The notes beneath the pieces were generated by a model that was given only the letters and a program-made list of their open reading frames with translations, had not been told where the DNA came from and made no database searches. Made by a program: the position numbers and the translations under genes. 64,000 bases of DNA, from NCBI GenBank assembly GCA_043228905.1, contig JBHGNT010000005.1, forward strand, positions 10,664,001 through 10,728,000. Reading direction: 5' to 3'. Shown here piece after piece: positions 13,583-27,668 of this stretch; position 1 is the first letter of the stretch; the number at the start of each line of letters is the position of its first letter. The DNA is from Azolla caroliniana (Eukaryota; Plantae; Polypodiophyta).

Positions 13583-14369
13583 TGTCGTGAAGAATGTGCT
13601 TCACGATATAAAAATGAGCTTAAATGTTGTATTTAATAATATTTGAGAGACTTGAACCCACATCCTTATATACGAAGTACAATGTACATACCACTAGGCT
13701 AGGCTATTTATTTGTAAAAGTGTGTAATAAATGTGCTTCATGATATAAGAATGAAGCTATATATTGTATTAAGTAAAATTGAGAGACTTGAACTCTCAAC
13801 CTTGTATGCCAAACACAAAGTATACACCACTAAGCTAGGTTAGTTATTTTAGAATGCATTTTCATCATTATACTTATCCCATATCTATTTTCATACATGG
13901 GAGCTCAAGTGAGCATGATGGCTACCATGCATCACGTGCAATACATGTGCGCCAAATGGCGATCATGCATTACATGTAACTCATGCATTGCATGCATGCC
14001 ATGTTCCCATACATTACCATATGCATGGCAACACTTATATAAAGAGGGGCAAGGAAAACAAGAGATAATCCAGAGAGAGTGAGAAAATAATATAATTAAG
14101 TAAAGAAGACTAGCTCATTGGGTGGAGAACCTCTCGTTTCGAAGTTGAGGTCATGGGTTCAAATCAAGGGTCGATAGAGAATGTGTTTAGTTTGCGATCA
14201 AGGATTGTAAAGTTGGTAAAATATTATACTTTTAATATACATTGAATGTTTATATCATATACTCTTGTTCCTTGAATCATACTTTGTCTCAATCTTCTTT
14301 CTAGAATCATACTTTGTCTCAATCTTCTTTCTTGAATCATACATTGTCTCTATCTTTTATCTATGCTCG

Positions 14370-14400
<31 letters not shown>

Positions 14401-14537
14401 TTACTCGTAACTCTTCTTCTTACTATCCTTAACCATTCTATCATCACCATACAAGCCTTATTAAAAGTTAAGTTTCTTCAACTCCCCTTAACCTTAGTCC
14501 CTGCGACTTCGCCGCACGAACCACAACTACCCCGACA
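13583..14537 (+). repeat. Isolated Gypsy-type LTR with three tRNA-like A/B-box modules
   Basis: TGTCGTGAAG...CCGACA termini, same 5' decamer as the LTR at 61883-62981; purine-rich tract upstream; no matching TSD. Confidence 0.6.
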
Positions 14538-14619
14538 ACGTGTTGATCATCTGACATCAAATAGAGGCAATTCAGCATAACATCAAGCCGACAGAGTTTC
14601 CAACTATTGAATGGTGATC

Positions 14620-17012
14620 ACTCGATGAAATTGTGAGATTGACCATCAGAATGCATTTGGCAAAAAATGTCTACTTCAGAATGGCTAAAGAGACGACCAC
14701 ATATGCCCTGTGGGAGAAGCTACAAGCAGTATACGAAAACTCTGAAGGATGTTCGACATGTCCCCGATATCATATTGAATTTGATATCGACTGGAAGGAT
14801 GGATGATGAAGGCTACAATGGTAGCTTTCAAAATGGCAAGTGGAAGTTTTGCCGAGGAAATCTTATAGTGGCCCGAGCACAAAAAGAAGGCACATTATAT
14901 ATGATGCATGTCCGACTGTGCAAGTCGAAAATGAATGTGGCAGCCAACTCAGCAAGAGAGATATGGCATAAGAGGCTAGGCCACATGAATGAGAAGTGAA
15001 CAAAGTGGCCTTCCACTCTAGACCACCAAGGAGAAGAGAAGTGCCGCTGGAACTAGTACACACGAACGTGTGCTATGTAGATGATTCGTCACACCGAGGC
15101 GGATAGTACTTTGTGACCTTTATCGATGACTACAGTCGGAAGTTGTGGGATTTCATATTAAAGTCAAAGATAAAGTACTTTCATTCTTCAAGGAGTTCCA
15201 GACAAGAGGCGAACGAGAGTCGGGTCGGAAGTTGAAGGCTATCCGAACCGACAACAGTGGTGAATATAGAGGGTAGTTTGAGGAATACTGCAAGGCCCAA
15301 GGTATTTGAGTTGAATACATAGTGCCGAAGACCCTTGAGTTGAATGGGCTTGCAGAGAGGATGAATCGAACAATCTTGGAGAGAGTGAGGAGCATGCTCT
15401 CTCATGCGAAATTGTCAAAATCATATTGGGCTGAGGAGATGTATACAACTGTTTACCTGATCAACAGGTCTCCTTCGGTGCCATTGAAGGGTGATGTCCC
15501 ACAGAGGGTGTGGACGGGAAAGGACGTCTCCTACCAGCATCTGAGGGTGTTCAGATGTCTGGCATATATGCATGTACTGAAGTATTAGAGGGCGAAACTC
15601 GACAGTAAGTCGAAAGCATGTATATTCATGGGATACTCTGAAGATGAGTTTATGGGTTTAGGCTATGGGACCTAGTCGACAAGAAGGTAGTGAGGAGTTG
15701 GGACGTAGTCTTCTTGGAAGACAAGACCATAGAGGATTGGAAGCAATAGAAGTCAGAATCGATTAACCAGTCAACCTCCACTACTATCAACTTGAGGCTA
15801 AGTGAACTGACACAATTGGTGGTTTGGAGACAACCAGTCGGCACAACCGATTCTGAGTTGGTTGACTTGGAGAGACCGACCGACTATGAGTTTGATTGGG
15901 TAGAACTGTTAAGGTCGATCAAGGAATACGAGTTCGAGTTGTCCAACCTTGAGAAGTCGATCGACATATATGAACCCAAGCAAAGCGGAGATTCGGGAGA
16001 GAGACCCGAACGAAAGCCAACAACGAGTGGACGGAGATACCCACTCAGAGAAAGGAGAGCACCGACAAGATATGCCAATCAATACATCCTCTTGACTAAT
16101 GAAGGCGAGCTAGAGTGCTATGATGAAGTATTTGCCGACGAGCACAGAGAGAAATGGTTGAATGCGATGCAAGATGAGATGGACTCCTTGCATGAAAACC
16201 AGACCTACGACCTAGTAAAACTACTAAAAGGTAAGAGAGCACTCAAGAACAAATGGGTCTACAAGGTGAAAACTGGAGAAGTCGACAGTACACGTAGGTA
16301 TAAAGCCCGCATTGTGGTGAACGGTTTCCAATAGAAAAGGGCGTCGACTTTGACGAAATATTCGCTCCAGTCGTGAAGATGACATCCATTAGAATTGTTC
16401 TCAGCATAGTTGCTAGCATGGATCTGGAGATTAAACAGTTGTATGTCAAGACGGCATTCTTGCACGGGGAGTTGGATGAAGAGATCTACATGCAGCAACC
16501 CGAAGGCTTTGTGGAGAAAGGGAAAGAGAATTTGGTGTGTTGACTGAAGAAAAGCTTGTACGGCCTAAAACAAGATCCACGCCAATGGTACAAGAAGTTC
16601 GAGTCCTTCATGGTGGAACATGGGTTCCAAAAAACACAGGTTGATCACTGTGTTCGTCAAAAGGTACGATGAAGGTGACTTCTTGATTCTCTTATTATAT
16701 GTTGATTACATGTTGATAGTCGGTCAAGTTACAAGGAAGATCAGACGCTTGAAGAAAGGTGTAGGCAAGTCGTTTGCCATGAAAGATCTTAGTCCGGCTA
16801 AACAGATCTTAGGGATGCACATAGTTCGGGACAGAACTAAGAAAGTGATGTGGTTGTCACAAGAGAAATACGTGATGAAGATCCTAGAAAGATTCAAAAT
16901 GACAGAAGCAAAGCCGATCGTGCCTACGTTACAGACTAACTGCAAGTTAAATGCAAGGCAATGCCCAAGAAGGGAGAAAGAAAAGTTTGAGATGAGGAAA
17001 GTGCCATATGCC
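14620..17012 (+). mobile_element. Degenerate Tnt1-like Copia internal fragment (PR end, INT, RT) related to E
   Basis: DVRHVP, WHKRLGH, NGLAERMNRT, RYKARIVV and KVPYA motifs with many stops. Confidence 0.88.
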
Positions 17013-17500
17013 CGACTTTTCTCGGTTCTGGGGACTTCTGTTCCAGCCTCTTCCTTGATTTGAGTCGTTTTCCATAACTAAGGCTTTCAAGTTGGTTCCG
17101 GACTCCTAGTCCTACCGGTGAGCTTCTTCATTTAGAAAACTTGACTTTACTCTTGCCAGGGATAAGTTCTTCCCTTCTGGCCACGTTGCCCGGTTCTACG
17201 ACTAACGTCTCCCAGCTATCTAATAGGGATCTGAGTAATAACAATGCTAGTACCTCGTCGACTAGAGGTACTTCAAGCGAGGTAGTCTGGTTTATCATCC
17301 CCTTGGAGGCATTCATATGCTCTACCATACTGGCACCATCCTGATACCTAAGCCTCACTTTTTTTCGGAATACCAAAGGACATTGTCTTTGTTCTCTTCA
17401 TTGAATTTATTGTACATGCTCATGTCAATGAAGCATCTTATATATGTTGTCGTCTTTATATGCATTACCTCCCATGTGTTGGCATAAACGGCCGACTCCT
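17013..17500 (-). pseudogene. gag: Inverted Copia gag fragment related to the gag of B
   Basis: YIRCFIDMS and SWETLVV motifs on the minus strand. Confidence 0.7.
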
Positions 17501-17521
17501 TCCACTTTTTATCCTTACTAT

Positions 17522-20500
17522 TGTGGACATGTCCAGTAGTTCAGGCTTGAGTATATAAACCCAAACCTAACGTTGTAATACATGCGCTTCATCTTGATCA
17601 TCTTGTATCTTGAGTCTCAGAGAGAGAGAAAAGCACAGAATAACGAGAATCACCATTGAAGTTGAACTCCTCCTTGTTTATCTACTCTTCTTACTACATG
17701 TCTGTGTATGTTGTTTGTTGTGCATAATCGACAGGTCCTCAAACGTTCTTCCATGCATATCCGCTCACAACTGGTATCAGAGCTAACCTATTGCACGACA
17801 ACATTGAAATAGCAAAAAGAACTGAAGGAAAAGATCAAGTCAGTCAAAAATCTCACTTTCAAAACAGAATATGGCTTCAACATCTGGTATAGGAGTTTAA
17901 ATCTGAAAGTTCGATGGCAAAAACTATCCTATGGAAGAAGATGATGCAGGATGTCTTGATCATCAAAAGATAGGTTGAAGCCATTCGACACAGTGAAAAA
18001 CTTGCATCGATGAAAGCCGAAGAGTGGAGATTAGTAGATGAAATCGCACACTCCACCATCCGAATGCATCTGGTCGAAAACCTCTACTTCAGCATAGCCA
18101 AGGAGATGACAACTTTCTTGTTATGGGAGAAGTTGCAAGCGGTGTATGAAAAGAAGTCCTCGTCGAAACTCATAGTGATTCGACAACTATTCAATATGAA
18201 GATGAGAGAGTCTGATCCTGCAACCTCCCACATCAACACCTTCAACTGGGTGTTGTCTGAACTCTCATCCCAAGGGATTAACTTTGAAGAAGAAGTTAAA
18301 GACCTTGCCGTCTTATCAAGCTTGCGGGTGAGTTGGGAGGTATTTTGCACGACATTTGCCAATAGCCGTCCGATCCTAAATCTAGATGAGACGATCGGCC
18401 CAATCCTCACCAAAGATATTCGGCGAAATTCGATGGAACTCACCATCGACGAATCGGCAAATCCCACCACTTGACTGAGTCGATTTACTGACGGAGTCGA
18501 TCGAAAGAACAAGCCGACAGAACCAATCGACACCATAGTAAATCGAAAACTAGGGGAGACCAACATCAGTTGAAGTCGAGAACGGGCCGATCGGGTGAAT
18601 TCTGCACCCATTGCTGAAAAGCCGGTCACAACGTTTCCGACTATTGGTCGATCAAGAGGAAAGAGAGTGGTTGGAGATCTGACTTGAACCACTTTCCAGT
18701 CGACAACCAAGTCAATGTTGTCAACACCCGATCCATAGAAATACTCTCCTTAGAGGACTCAGTGATCGGAGAAGTCCTCTACAGTGCACAAGATGCACAT
18801 GTGTGGTTACTAGACTCCAATGCTACATTTATGTAACCCCGAACATAGAATGGTTTTCGAACTATTCGACCAATGCCAGCGGCATAGTGCAACTAGGCAA
18901 TGGGCAGGATTGCAGAATCACAGGAATTGACGAAGTACCAATTCAACTGTTAAATGGCAACAGGATAGTCCTACACCAAGTTCGGCATGTACCCACACTA
19001 AAAAGGAGCCTAGTCTCCATCAGCATGTTACCTGAAGATGGGTATAGAATGATTCTAAGTGAGTCAACATGGATAATCAGCCGTGGAAACCTAAAGATAA
19101 GAAGCAGACACAAGTACAACATCGTGTATCCAATGTTGGCAATCAATCTAGAAGGGATCGTGAACATACCCAAAAAGACCAACCCAAACCTATGGCATGG
19201 CCAACTCAGCCATATTTCTCAAGCCGACCTAGATCGACTGATGGCGGTTTCCCACTTTCCAAAACTCCAAGCAAAGACGAACTATTGCGAGCATTGTCAA
19301 TATGGGAAACAAACCCGAAGTCCACACTCTCTTCATTACAAGACGGTAAGATAGCCCCTAGAGCTCGTGCACACAAATATCTGTGGGCCTATGCCTAAGA
19401 GATCACTAGGAGGCTCCCGATACTTCATCACATTTGTAGATGATTAGGTCGAAAGACGAAGTGCTCGAGGTCTTCACGCGCTGGATAGATGAAGTGAAAA
19501 ACCGACAACGGAAGAGAATACACCTCCCGAGCCTTCAAACACTCCAGTCCAACAAAGGGATCTAGCACCAAAAGACCATTCCATACACACCCATGCAAAA
19601 TGGAGTGGTAGACCAGATCAACTGAACGATCCAAGAGAGGATCATGGCAATGCTCCAACAAGTTGGACTGAAGCTAGAGTTTTGGGTCGAAGCATTGCAA
19701 ATGACAGTATATCTGATCAATCTATCACCGACGAAAGCACTAGGGCTCGAAATGCCACAGGCACTATGGTTAGGCAAACTACCGACCTATGATAGGCTCT
19801 GTATATTCAGATGCGGGAACCTATGCATTCATCCCTACGGACAAAAGGACCAAGTTGGAACCCCATGCGATAAAGTGCATATTTCTTGTCTATGAAACTT
19901 ATGGGGAATTCGTCTATAGGCTATTGGACCCAGAGAACCGGAAATTGATCCAGAATAGTGATGTGGTCTTCAATGAGGACTCTATTCTCTCTACGAGGAA
20001 CCAACCGAAAATAGTTGGTAAAAAGAGCTCATTTGAAGTTGATAGTGACATCTTAGAAAGACCAACCCACCAGGTTGAATCAGATATTCGACAAACAGTT
20101 GAACTCGACCAAGCCGACAATACACCTACCGACTTCGAATTGGTAGGAGGTATACTAGTCGAACTCAAAGTAAAGGTTATCAAAGACAAAGCCAAATTGA
20201 CAATAGTCGCAAAAGGAAAAGTCAATAAAGTGTGAGCCGGAGACGATAGAGTTGACCCAACCAAGACACCCAAGGCCAAAGGGAAAAACATATCCGAATC
20301 GGCTAAGTTTCCCAATCCCGAAGAAGGGGAGGATGATGTGACCTGGCCGAAATCCAACAGGAGCAAGTCATTGAACAGGGCTTCTGAAGACACTTCAAGT
20401 AACACCGATCGGTTGGTAGAGCTGACTACAGAGCTGGAACCAACAACATCGGCACCCAGGAGATCCGGACGAAATTGACGGCCAACAAAGTTTTACCAAC

Positions 20501-21060
20501 TGGGCCTCGACTACGTCAACTACATCGATGCCGACGAACAAAGCACATATGCAGAAGCTATAGTCGCACCGGACGCTAATACATGCTGCAAGCCATGAGA
20601 TCCGAGATGGACTCGATTCATCAGAACAATACATGGGAGTTGGTCGAACGACTAGCAAGAAGAAAGCCACTACCTTGCAAATGGGTATTCTAGTACAAAT
20701 ATGTATCTTATTCAGAGAAACCCAAATACAAAGCTCGACTCTACGCGAAGGGGTTCAAACAAGAGCATGGGGTCAACAATGATGAGATGTCGACTTAAGA
20801 AAAGCCTTTATGACTTAAAAAACAAGCACTCAGGATGTGGTACCAGACGTTCATCTCCTACATCCAACAACTCGGCTATGGGTTGTCCGACTCCGACCCA
20901 TGTTTATATACTCAGCAACTAGCCGACGAGTCCCAAATCTATCTGATCCTATATGTCGATGACATGCTCATTGTAGGGAGCAATCGAGTAGAGATCGGAA
21001 AATGAAAGCGAAACCTTCAAGACAAGTTTGCAATGAAGGAACTAGGACATGCCCGACACA
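17522..21060 (+). mobile_element. Degenerate Copia: 5' LTR 17522-17769, Met PBS 17772-17783, gag-PR-INT and partial RT
   Basis: TG...CA LTR followed by TGGTATCAGAGC; QLFNMKM gag; VRHVP; LWHGQLSH; YVDDML; 3' truncated. Confidence 0.82.
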
Positions 21061-21348
21061 ACACTTTGTTGCCTCTTTTTACAAGTGGACAGTTAAGTGT
21101 TGGCCCACTTGAGGCACCATCTCAACCTTCAGAAGCTACTCATAATGATGCAGATCATTCCATTTGTGATGCAGATCATTCTATTTCTAATACAGGCTTA
21201 CATGATGCACTTATTAATGAGAGGGTTGATATAGAGGAGGCAAAGACTATGCCTAAATGGTTGTTGCAGACTTTGCAAGATAGTAAATTGGATTTTCCTT
21301 TGTCATACCGTACTATTTCAGGTTATCATAGTGCTTCTTTTGCATCAG

Positions 21349-21834
21349 GGGAAAGATCACGAACCAAAGTCTCAAGGATAAGTCAAACTAAAAGCAAGAA
21401 AGATGGAGAAAAGTAAAAGAAGAAAAAAGCAAGTCACCAAAACACAGTCTACAACGAACGCTCATAACTCATTCGTTTGGATGCCAAATATAATGTGCAA
21501 ATATGGGTTTGAAAGCTTGTGAAGCGAGCTATCCATAGCTTTTTAAAGCTCTAAATTTGGAGCTTGGAAGAGGGCGATATGATGATTTGAATATTGATGT
21601 GTCATAGATAAGAATAGGACTCGATGAAAAACTCTAAAAAAAGCATAAAAAAGAAAGCAAGGGAAACTTATCTAGTGGAAGAGAAATTTATATAAAGCAA
21701 GAAGAGTAAGGTGGTGAAAAGACAGGCTATTTCATGTGGTGTTTCTTGCCCATTTATGCAGTGTAATTTAGTTGTTATCAATATATCTTTGTAGACTTGG
21801 ATTTATGTATCTTCTTTCTCTCTTCCTTCCATCA
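21349..21834 (+). repeat. Probable truncated LTR fragment ending CATCA, inserted in F
   Basis: Non-coding block interrupting the F frame; TATA-like ATATAAA; CATCA terminus. Confidence 0.35.
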
Positions 21835-23228
21835 TGATTATTCATGAGAATGAGCATGTTTCTTTTGATGAAGCACAAAATTCAGAAAATTGGATGGTTG
21901 CTATGCAATCAGAATATGATGCTATTATGAAGACTGGTACATGGTCTTTATGTGACTTGCCTCCTAGCAAGAAGGCTACTGGCACTAAGTGGGTATATAA
22001 GTTGAAGCGTAAACCTGATGGAATAGTTGACAACTATAAGGCTAGGCTTGTTGCGAAAGGTTATGCCCAAAAAAAAGGCATTGATTTTGATGAGACCTTT
22101 GCTCCCACCTGTCGTATGATTGTTGTTCGTAGCGTCTGTGCAATTGCAGCTCATCGTGGTTGGAATGTGCATTTCTAAATGGTGATCTTCATGAGGAAGT
22201 GTATGTATCTCAGCCCCGTGGTTTTGTGCAGAAAGGGCATGAACATAAAGTGTGCAGGTTGAGAAAGGCATTATATGGCTTGAAGAAAGCACCACGTTCT
22301 TGGTATGAAAAGATACATGCCTATTTGATTGCATTTGGTTAAGAATAGTCCAACTGAAAGAACCTTATATGTTAAGCGTGATGATGATGTATTTCTGATC
22401 ATGGTTGTGTATGTCGATGATATGTTGCTCACTGGTCCCAATGAGAAGCATATTGCTGACTTTAATGTTGATTTGCATGCCTCTTTTGAGATGTCAGATT
22501 TGGGGCATTTGCATCATTATTTGGGCATTCAATTTATGCAAGTTGATGGTGGAATAGCTTTGTATCAATCGAAATACATTGACACATTATTGCAGTGTTT
22601 TGGCTTTGAAGGTTGTAAACCTATTGCCATTCCCATGGAGACAGGTTTATGTTTGAACCTTCATGATGGTGGAGATGCATTTGATGTTATTCTCTATCAG
22701 CAAGCAGTCGGATGTTTGATTTACTTATGCATAACCCAACCTGATATTCAGCTTGTTGTCTCTCAGATGAGCAGGTTTATGCATTGTGTTGGCCGGTCAG
22801 AAGAGCAAGGACAAGTGGGAAGGCAGAGTCGGATCGGATAATAGGAAATAAATAATAGTAGAATTATTATTCGGAGGGACGGATCCGGTACAGTTGTACC
22901 GATCCGGATCCAGACCGATTCGGATGTCGGTTGCCTAAGCGCACCGATTGTAACCTTGCCGGATGCCTTTAAAAGGATCCGATGATTTGTAAAGGGTTTT
23001 GACGGAAGTAATACAATAGTAATTATTGCGTGTTTATCTGTATCTCGTATTGTTTACCGTCTGTGCTTAATTGTAATCATCTTACGCGTGTAACCTAGCA
23101 TCCAATCCTTACCACCCCTTTGGAGAAGTGTCGGATAGACACCTGTGTTGAGGCTAGTCCGGCCAGACAGACAACACTATTTTGGCGACCACGATTCCTG
23201 CAAAGTGTAGAGGACAACCGGGGGATGG

Positions 23229-26200
23229 ATGTCTAGACCAAACGACGACCACATCACCGAACGAGGGAGACGATACACCGAACGCGAGCAACGACGGGAA
23301 GCCCTGCAACAAGCCATCGACGAGATCCGGCGGGATCGGTCATTCTCCAAAACTCTTCGGAGAGTCGCAGAAGAAGCACTGCAGTTCCGGGTTCTGCAAA
23401 TCCCCGACGAAGGCAGTAGCATAACAAGCCTGCAAGAGGCGGAAACGATACTGCAGACGCTCGCCGGGGGCGATGGGGACTCGGAAGCATTCGCAACACT
23501 TGAGGCGGAGTCGGAAAGCGACGGAAGCGTTGCGTCCCGGTATAAAAGCAGCAACGACACACCAAACGACCGGGAGGACGAGGGGTCGGAAGACTCAGTA
23601 ACACCGGCGCCAGAGGAAGAAATAACCCTGGAATTCGGTGACCGGCAATCACCGAGGGAAGCTGACCGGATACCGACAACAACCGCGAAGGAACCGAAGG
23701 AGCGGATACCGACAACACCCGCGGAGGAACCAAAGGACCGGACACCGGCAACACCCGCGGAGGAACCAAAGGTTCTCACACCAACGCCAACAGCGGACAG
23801 AGAGCGGAGGAAACAGGAGAGTCAGTTGGACGACACGATGCCGTACCCATACCCAAAGTACCGGGATGAGGCCGATGCGGAGGCACACGTGTACGCATTC
23901 CTCCAAACATGGGAAGCCAATCATGTCTCCCAAAGACTGACGGAGCCCGAAGCCGAACGATCCAAAGTCGCCGAATTCGGCATAACCTTGGAAGGACCGG
24001 CGGCCCGATGGCACGCAAAGCACTTACCGGGCAGCTTTGCCACATTCGATGCCTTGAAGGCCAGATTCCTCAGGCTTTTCACAGAAAATTTGAGCAAAGG
24101 GAATTGGTCGGGCAGTTCTACACCACCCGACAGGAAGAGAACGAGACGGTGCCACAATTCATCATTCGGTTTCAGACCCTGCACAACCAACTGACAAGAG
24201 CACCACCCGAAGACGAAGCCAAAGCAGTCTTTTTGGCCGCACTGAAAGAGCCACTTCGAACAATGTGCGGAGTCCTTGATTTCCAAACCAGCACAATGGA
24301 CCAAGTTATTGATCGGGTTTTAGAAATGGACAAGACTAGCCCCTTCTTGTCGATGGGGATGTTACACCGGGCACTCCCGAAGGAGGAAGACCTGAGGTTC
24401 TGACAGGCCTTACAATGTACAACATGCCTAAATTCGGGGCACTCAACAGTAGAATGCACCCTGCAGACACAATGTATGATCTGCAACTCTCGAGCCCATA
24501 CAACGGACTGATGCGAATATAACCTGTTAAATCGGCAGGCAGCACCGGTTCGACACATAGAACCGCGCAATCAGAACCCGGACGAGGATCGATTCCGGAG
24601 AGACGACCGCTACCAACGCGAACGCGGTAACAGATACGCTGACAGAAGACGCGATAACTATGACCGAGAGGAGAGACGCAGAGATAGCTACCCCCGGGAC
24701 CGGTACGACCGAGACGAATCCCCGGAATACGAACGACGCAGAGAAGAGAGGCGACAAGGGAACCGAAATTTCCGACGGAATCAGAAGCGTGGATTTTTCC
24801 GAAGAGAGGAACGTCGGGAGGCAGCGAGGAATGACAACCCGGTATCGGTACCGGATAACCGAAAAACCGAAGACGACCGCCAGAGCATACCCACCCTCCA
24901 AACCGGGGACAAAGGAGAAATGAGCAACAGTCACAAGGTGTACTGTTATTACTGTCGTAAGGAAGGCCACTATAGTAACCAATGCCCAAGCAAAACCAAT
25001 GACAAGCAGCCGGAAGTCAACATGGTTACAACCGAAATAACAGAAGTACAGCAGGTCACAATCCGGTCAAAGGGAAAGACCGCCGAGTGGGAAGCCCAGG
25101 AGGCAATCAGAAAACAAGCGGCGCAATGGATCAAGCAGGCCAATGAACAGAATGCGGCAGAAGTAAGAGACCAAAATATGCCAAAAGACGAAGAAATCAT
25201 ACAGCCAAGAGAAAACCCGACGTGGCAAGCGCTACAGGACTGTCAAATCGTGCTGCCGTTAGCACGACTACTACAGTTAGTGCCAGGGTTTACGGCAGAC
25301 CTACAGGCATCTGTCAGCAAACCGAAGCCGACGCCAGCACCGACATTCTTCTCCAACCCGGAGGAAGGACCAGCGGTGGTCGATACAAGTAGCCCGGCGA
25401 TCACGGCAATTGTGAAAGGAAAGGAAATTGCTGGAACGATTATTGACGGAGGCTCTGGGGTAAATGTCATCAGCCAACAGACATGCAATGACCTGGGCAT
25501 CCGGGAATGGGAACCATGCCCCTTCTGGTTACGCATGGCGGATACCAGCTCAGTCCGACCGACCGGGCTTATCCGGGATTTGGAAGTAACGATCGGAGGC
25601 CACGTATTCCGGATATCGGCCGTGGTGCTGCAACTGAATGTACAAGGCGCGTACCCCCTACTGCTAGGACGACCATGGCTGCGAACGGCGCATATCAAGC
25701 AGAGCTGGCAAAAGAACATGATCACATTCCGGCGAGGGAAAACAAAGGTACGAGTAACGACGCAACCACGGGTGATCACCAGTAAGGAAGCAACTCCATT
25801 GTATGCGGAAAGCATTAACATGTTGGAGGGATTACCGGGCGAGGAAGTCGAGCGGTACCTCGAGGAACACCCACGAATCGTCCCACTATTTGAGGTGGAT
25901 ATCATGGCGGCAGTAGAACTGTACATTACGACGCCGGATGAACCGGACCAAGCGGCGATCCGGGAACTGCGACAAGCGCAGGAATCCCTAGAGAGGGAAA
26001 TGACGATATCCCAGAGGGTAAAAGCATCCCAACTCGAGGAGGTGGACCTCGGCACAGCAGACAAGCCCCGACCGGTAAATGTTGCAAAGGAATTGCCGAA
26101 GGAAGAAAAGAAGGCAATGGTAGCATTATTAACAGACTTCAAGGATGTGTTCGCGTGGTCGTACGAAGACATGCGAGGGCTGGACCCCCAGCTTTATCAG

Positions 26201-26452
26201 CACCAAATTCACCTAAGTACGGACGCGAAACCGATCGCTCAACGCAGGTACCGGATGAATCCGAATTATGCGGCAAAGGTGAAGGAGGAAATTGATAAGC
26301 TCCTCCGGGTCAGATTTATCCGACCGGTCAAGCATGCAACCTGGCTGAGTCCGATAGTGGTGGTTCCGAAAAAGAACGGCAAAATCCGGGTATACGTGGA
26401 CTACCGAAAACTAAATGCCGCAACAGTGACCGATGCGTTTCCACTCCCATAC
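23229..26452 (+). pseudogene. gag-pol: gag-protease-RT(start) of G2a
   Basis: Zinc knuckles including CYYCRKEGHYSNQC; IIDGGSGVN protease; YVDYRKLN...DAFPLP followed by the deletion junction. Confidence 0.88.
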
Positions 26453-27007
26453 AGGCGCAGAAGCACAGAAGAGCGATCCGACGCACAGAGCACACACAGC
26501 GCGATCCCGAACAACAGGCTGCAGAAGAAGAATTTGAAACAATGGTACTGTCGGAAGAGGCACGCCAATGGATGAGGGAGAACGGGTTAAAAGGATTGCT
26601 GCGGATCGCCGATGCTCCACCACACGCAGAACCAGAGCAGGCGGCAGCATCGATCGACATATTAGAAGTCACGGAAGGAGCGGTGCAGGCGCTCACGGGG
26701 ATAAAAGCAGGAGGACTTCAAACAATCGAAAACCCTTCTGTCATGATAACAGTCACATCATGCATCGAAAGGATCATGACACTCACATTATGACTCGAAA
26801 GGATTTGAACCCACGACCTTGTTGTACACATGTCCAATCCTTAACCATTGTATTAATATTCTTATATGTATAGTCTCTAGAATATGAAATCTAATATCAT
26901 AGGAATATGTTGGGATTTTCGGTCCCTCCGGATGGGATGTCCGGAGATGAATGACGGCAAGCCCGGTTGCGGTTACGGATCCGGAGAATGAAGAGTACCC
27001 GGCATGA

Positions 27008-27153
27008 AGCCGGATGAAGAGTACCCGGCTACGGAGCCGGATGATGAAGACCCGGCTACGGAGCCGGATGATGAAGACCCGGCTACGGAGCCGGATGACG
27101 AAGACCCGGCTACGGAGCCGGATGATGAAGACCCGGCTACAGAGCCGGATGAT
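27008..27153. repeat. About 5 copies of a 27-bp tandem repeat in the U3 of E (second copy 31853-31998)
   Basis: Unit GAGCCGGATGA(T/C)GAAGACCCGGCTACG. Confidence 0.92.
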
Positions 27154-27668
27154 GTATGTACCCGGAGAGAGATCCGGATGCGGGGACATATTTGTGAATA
27201 TGTTTGCCAAGGGCCCTTGAGGCTATATTTGTAAATAGCCCGAAAGTCATATGTGTATAAATATGACTTAGGGCAAACTGTTTGTTTGTTGCTGAAAAGT
27301 TGTTGCTCATTTTCTGTTTTCCACTTAGAGGGAGCGAAGTGAGAGCAGCCGAGAGAGAGAGAGAGAGAGAAACGAAGAGGTCGTCGCCTCTGTGTATTAC
27401 CGCCGCCTGTGGCGAAGACAGTGAGCTCAAGGTTGTTGCCTTGAAGCTTCACCATTGTACATCTCTGTTCATAGTGATAGTTGGAGTTTGAGGACTCCCG
27501 TGGTTTTTCCCATTTAGGGTTTTCCACGTAAAATATCCTGTGTACTCTTCTCTCGAAAGTCTTCGTGTACCTTGTATTTCCTATTTTCTGTGAGTTGATC
27601 CTACTCCTAGGTTGTGGCCGAGCGCTGTTTTACGACAAAGTGGTATCAGAGCGACGGTAACACAGACA

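Noticed and set aside
25243-26172. Long antisense ORFs over gag/pol (also 29918-30484, 30830-31465, 55599-56174)
   Set aside because: Shadow frames of GC-rich coding sequence with no motifs.
27008-27153. CRISPR-like periodic repeats (also 4500-4737 and 31853-31998)
   Set aside because: Head-to-tail tandem units with no unique spacers, inside eukaryotic LTRs, with no cas genes.
26973-27527. 184-aa Ser/Gly-repeat ORF in the E LTRs
   Set aside because: A by-product of the 27-bp stop-free repeat.
27612-27668. Upstream start of the E polyprotein
   Set aside because: A non-ATG start inside the LTR/PBS; ATG 27669 is the plausible start.
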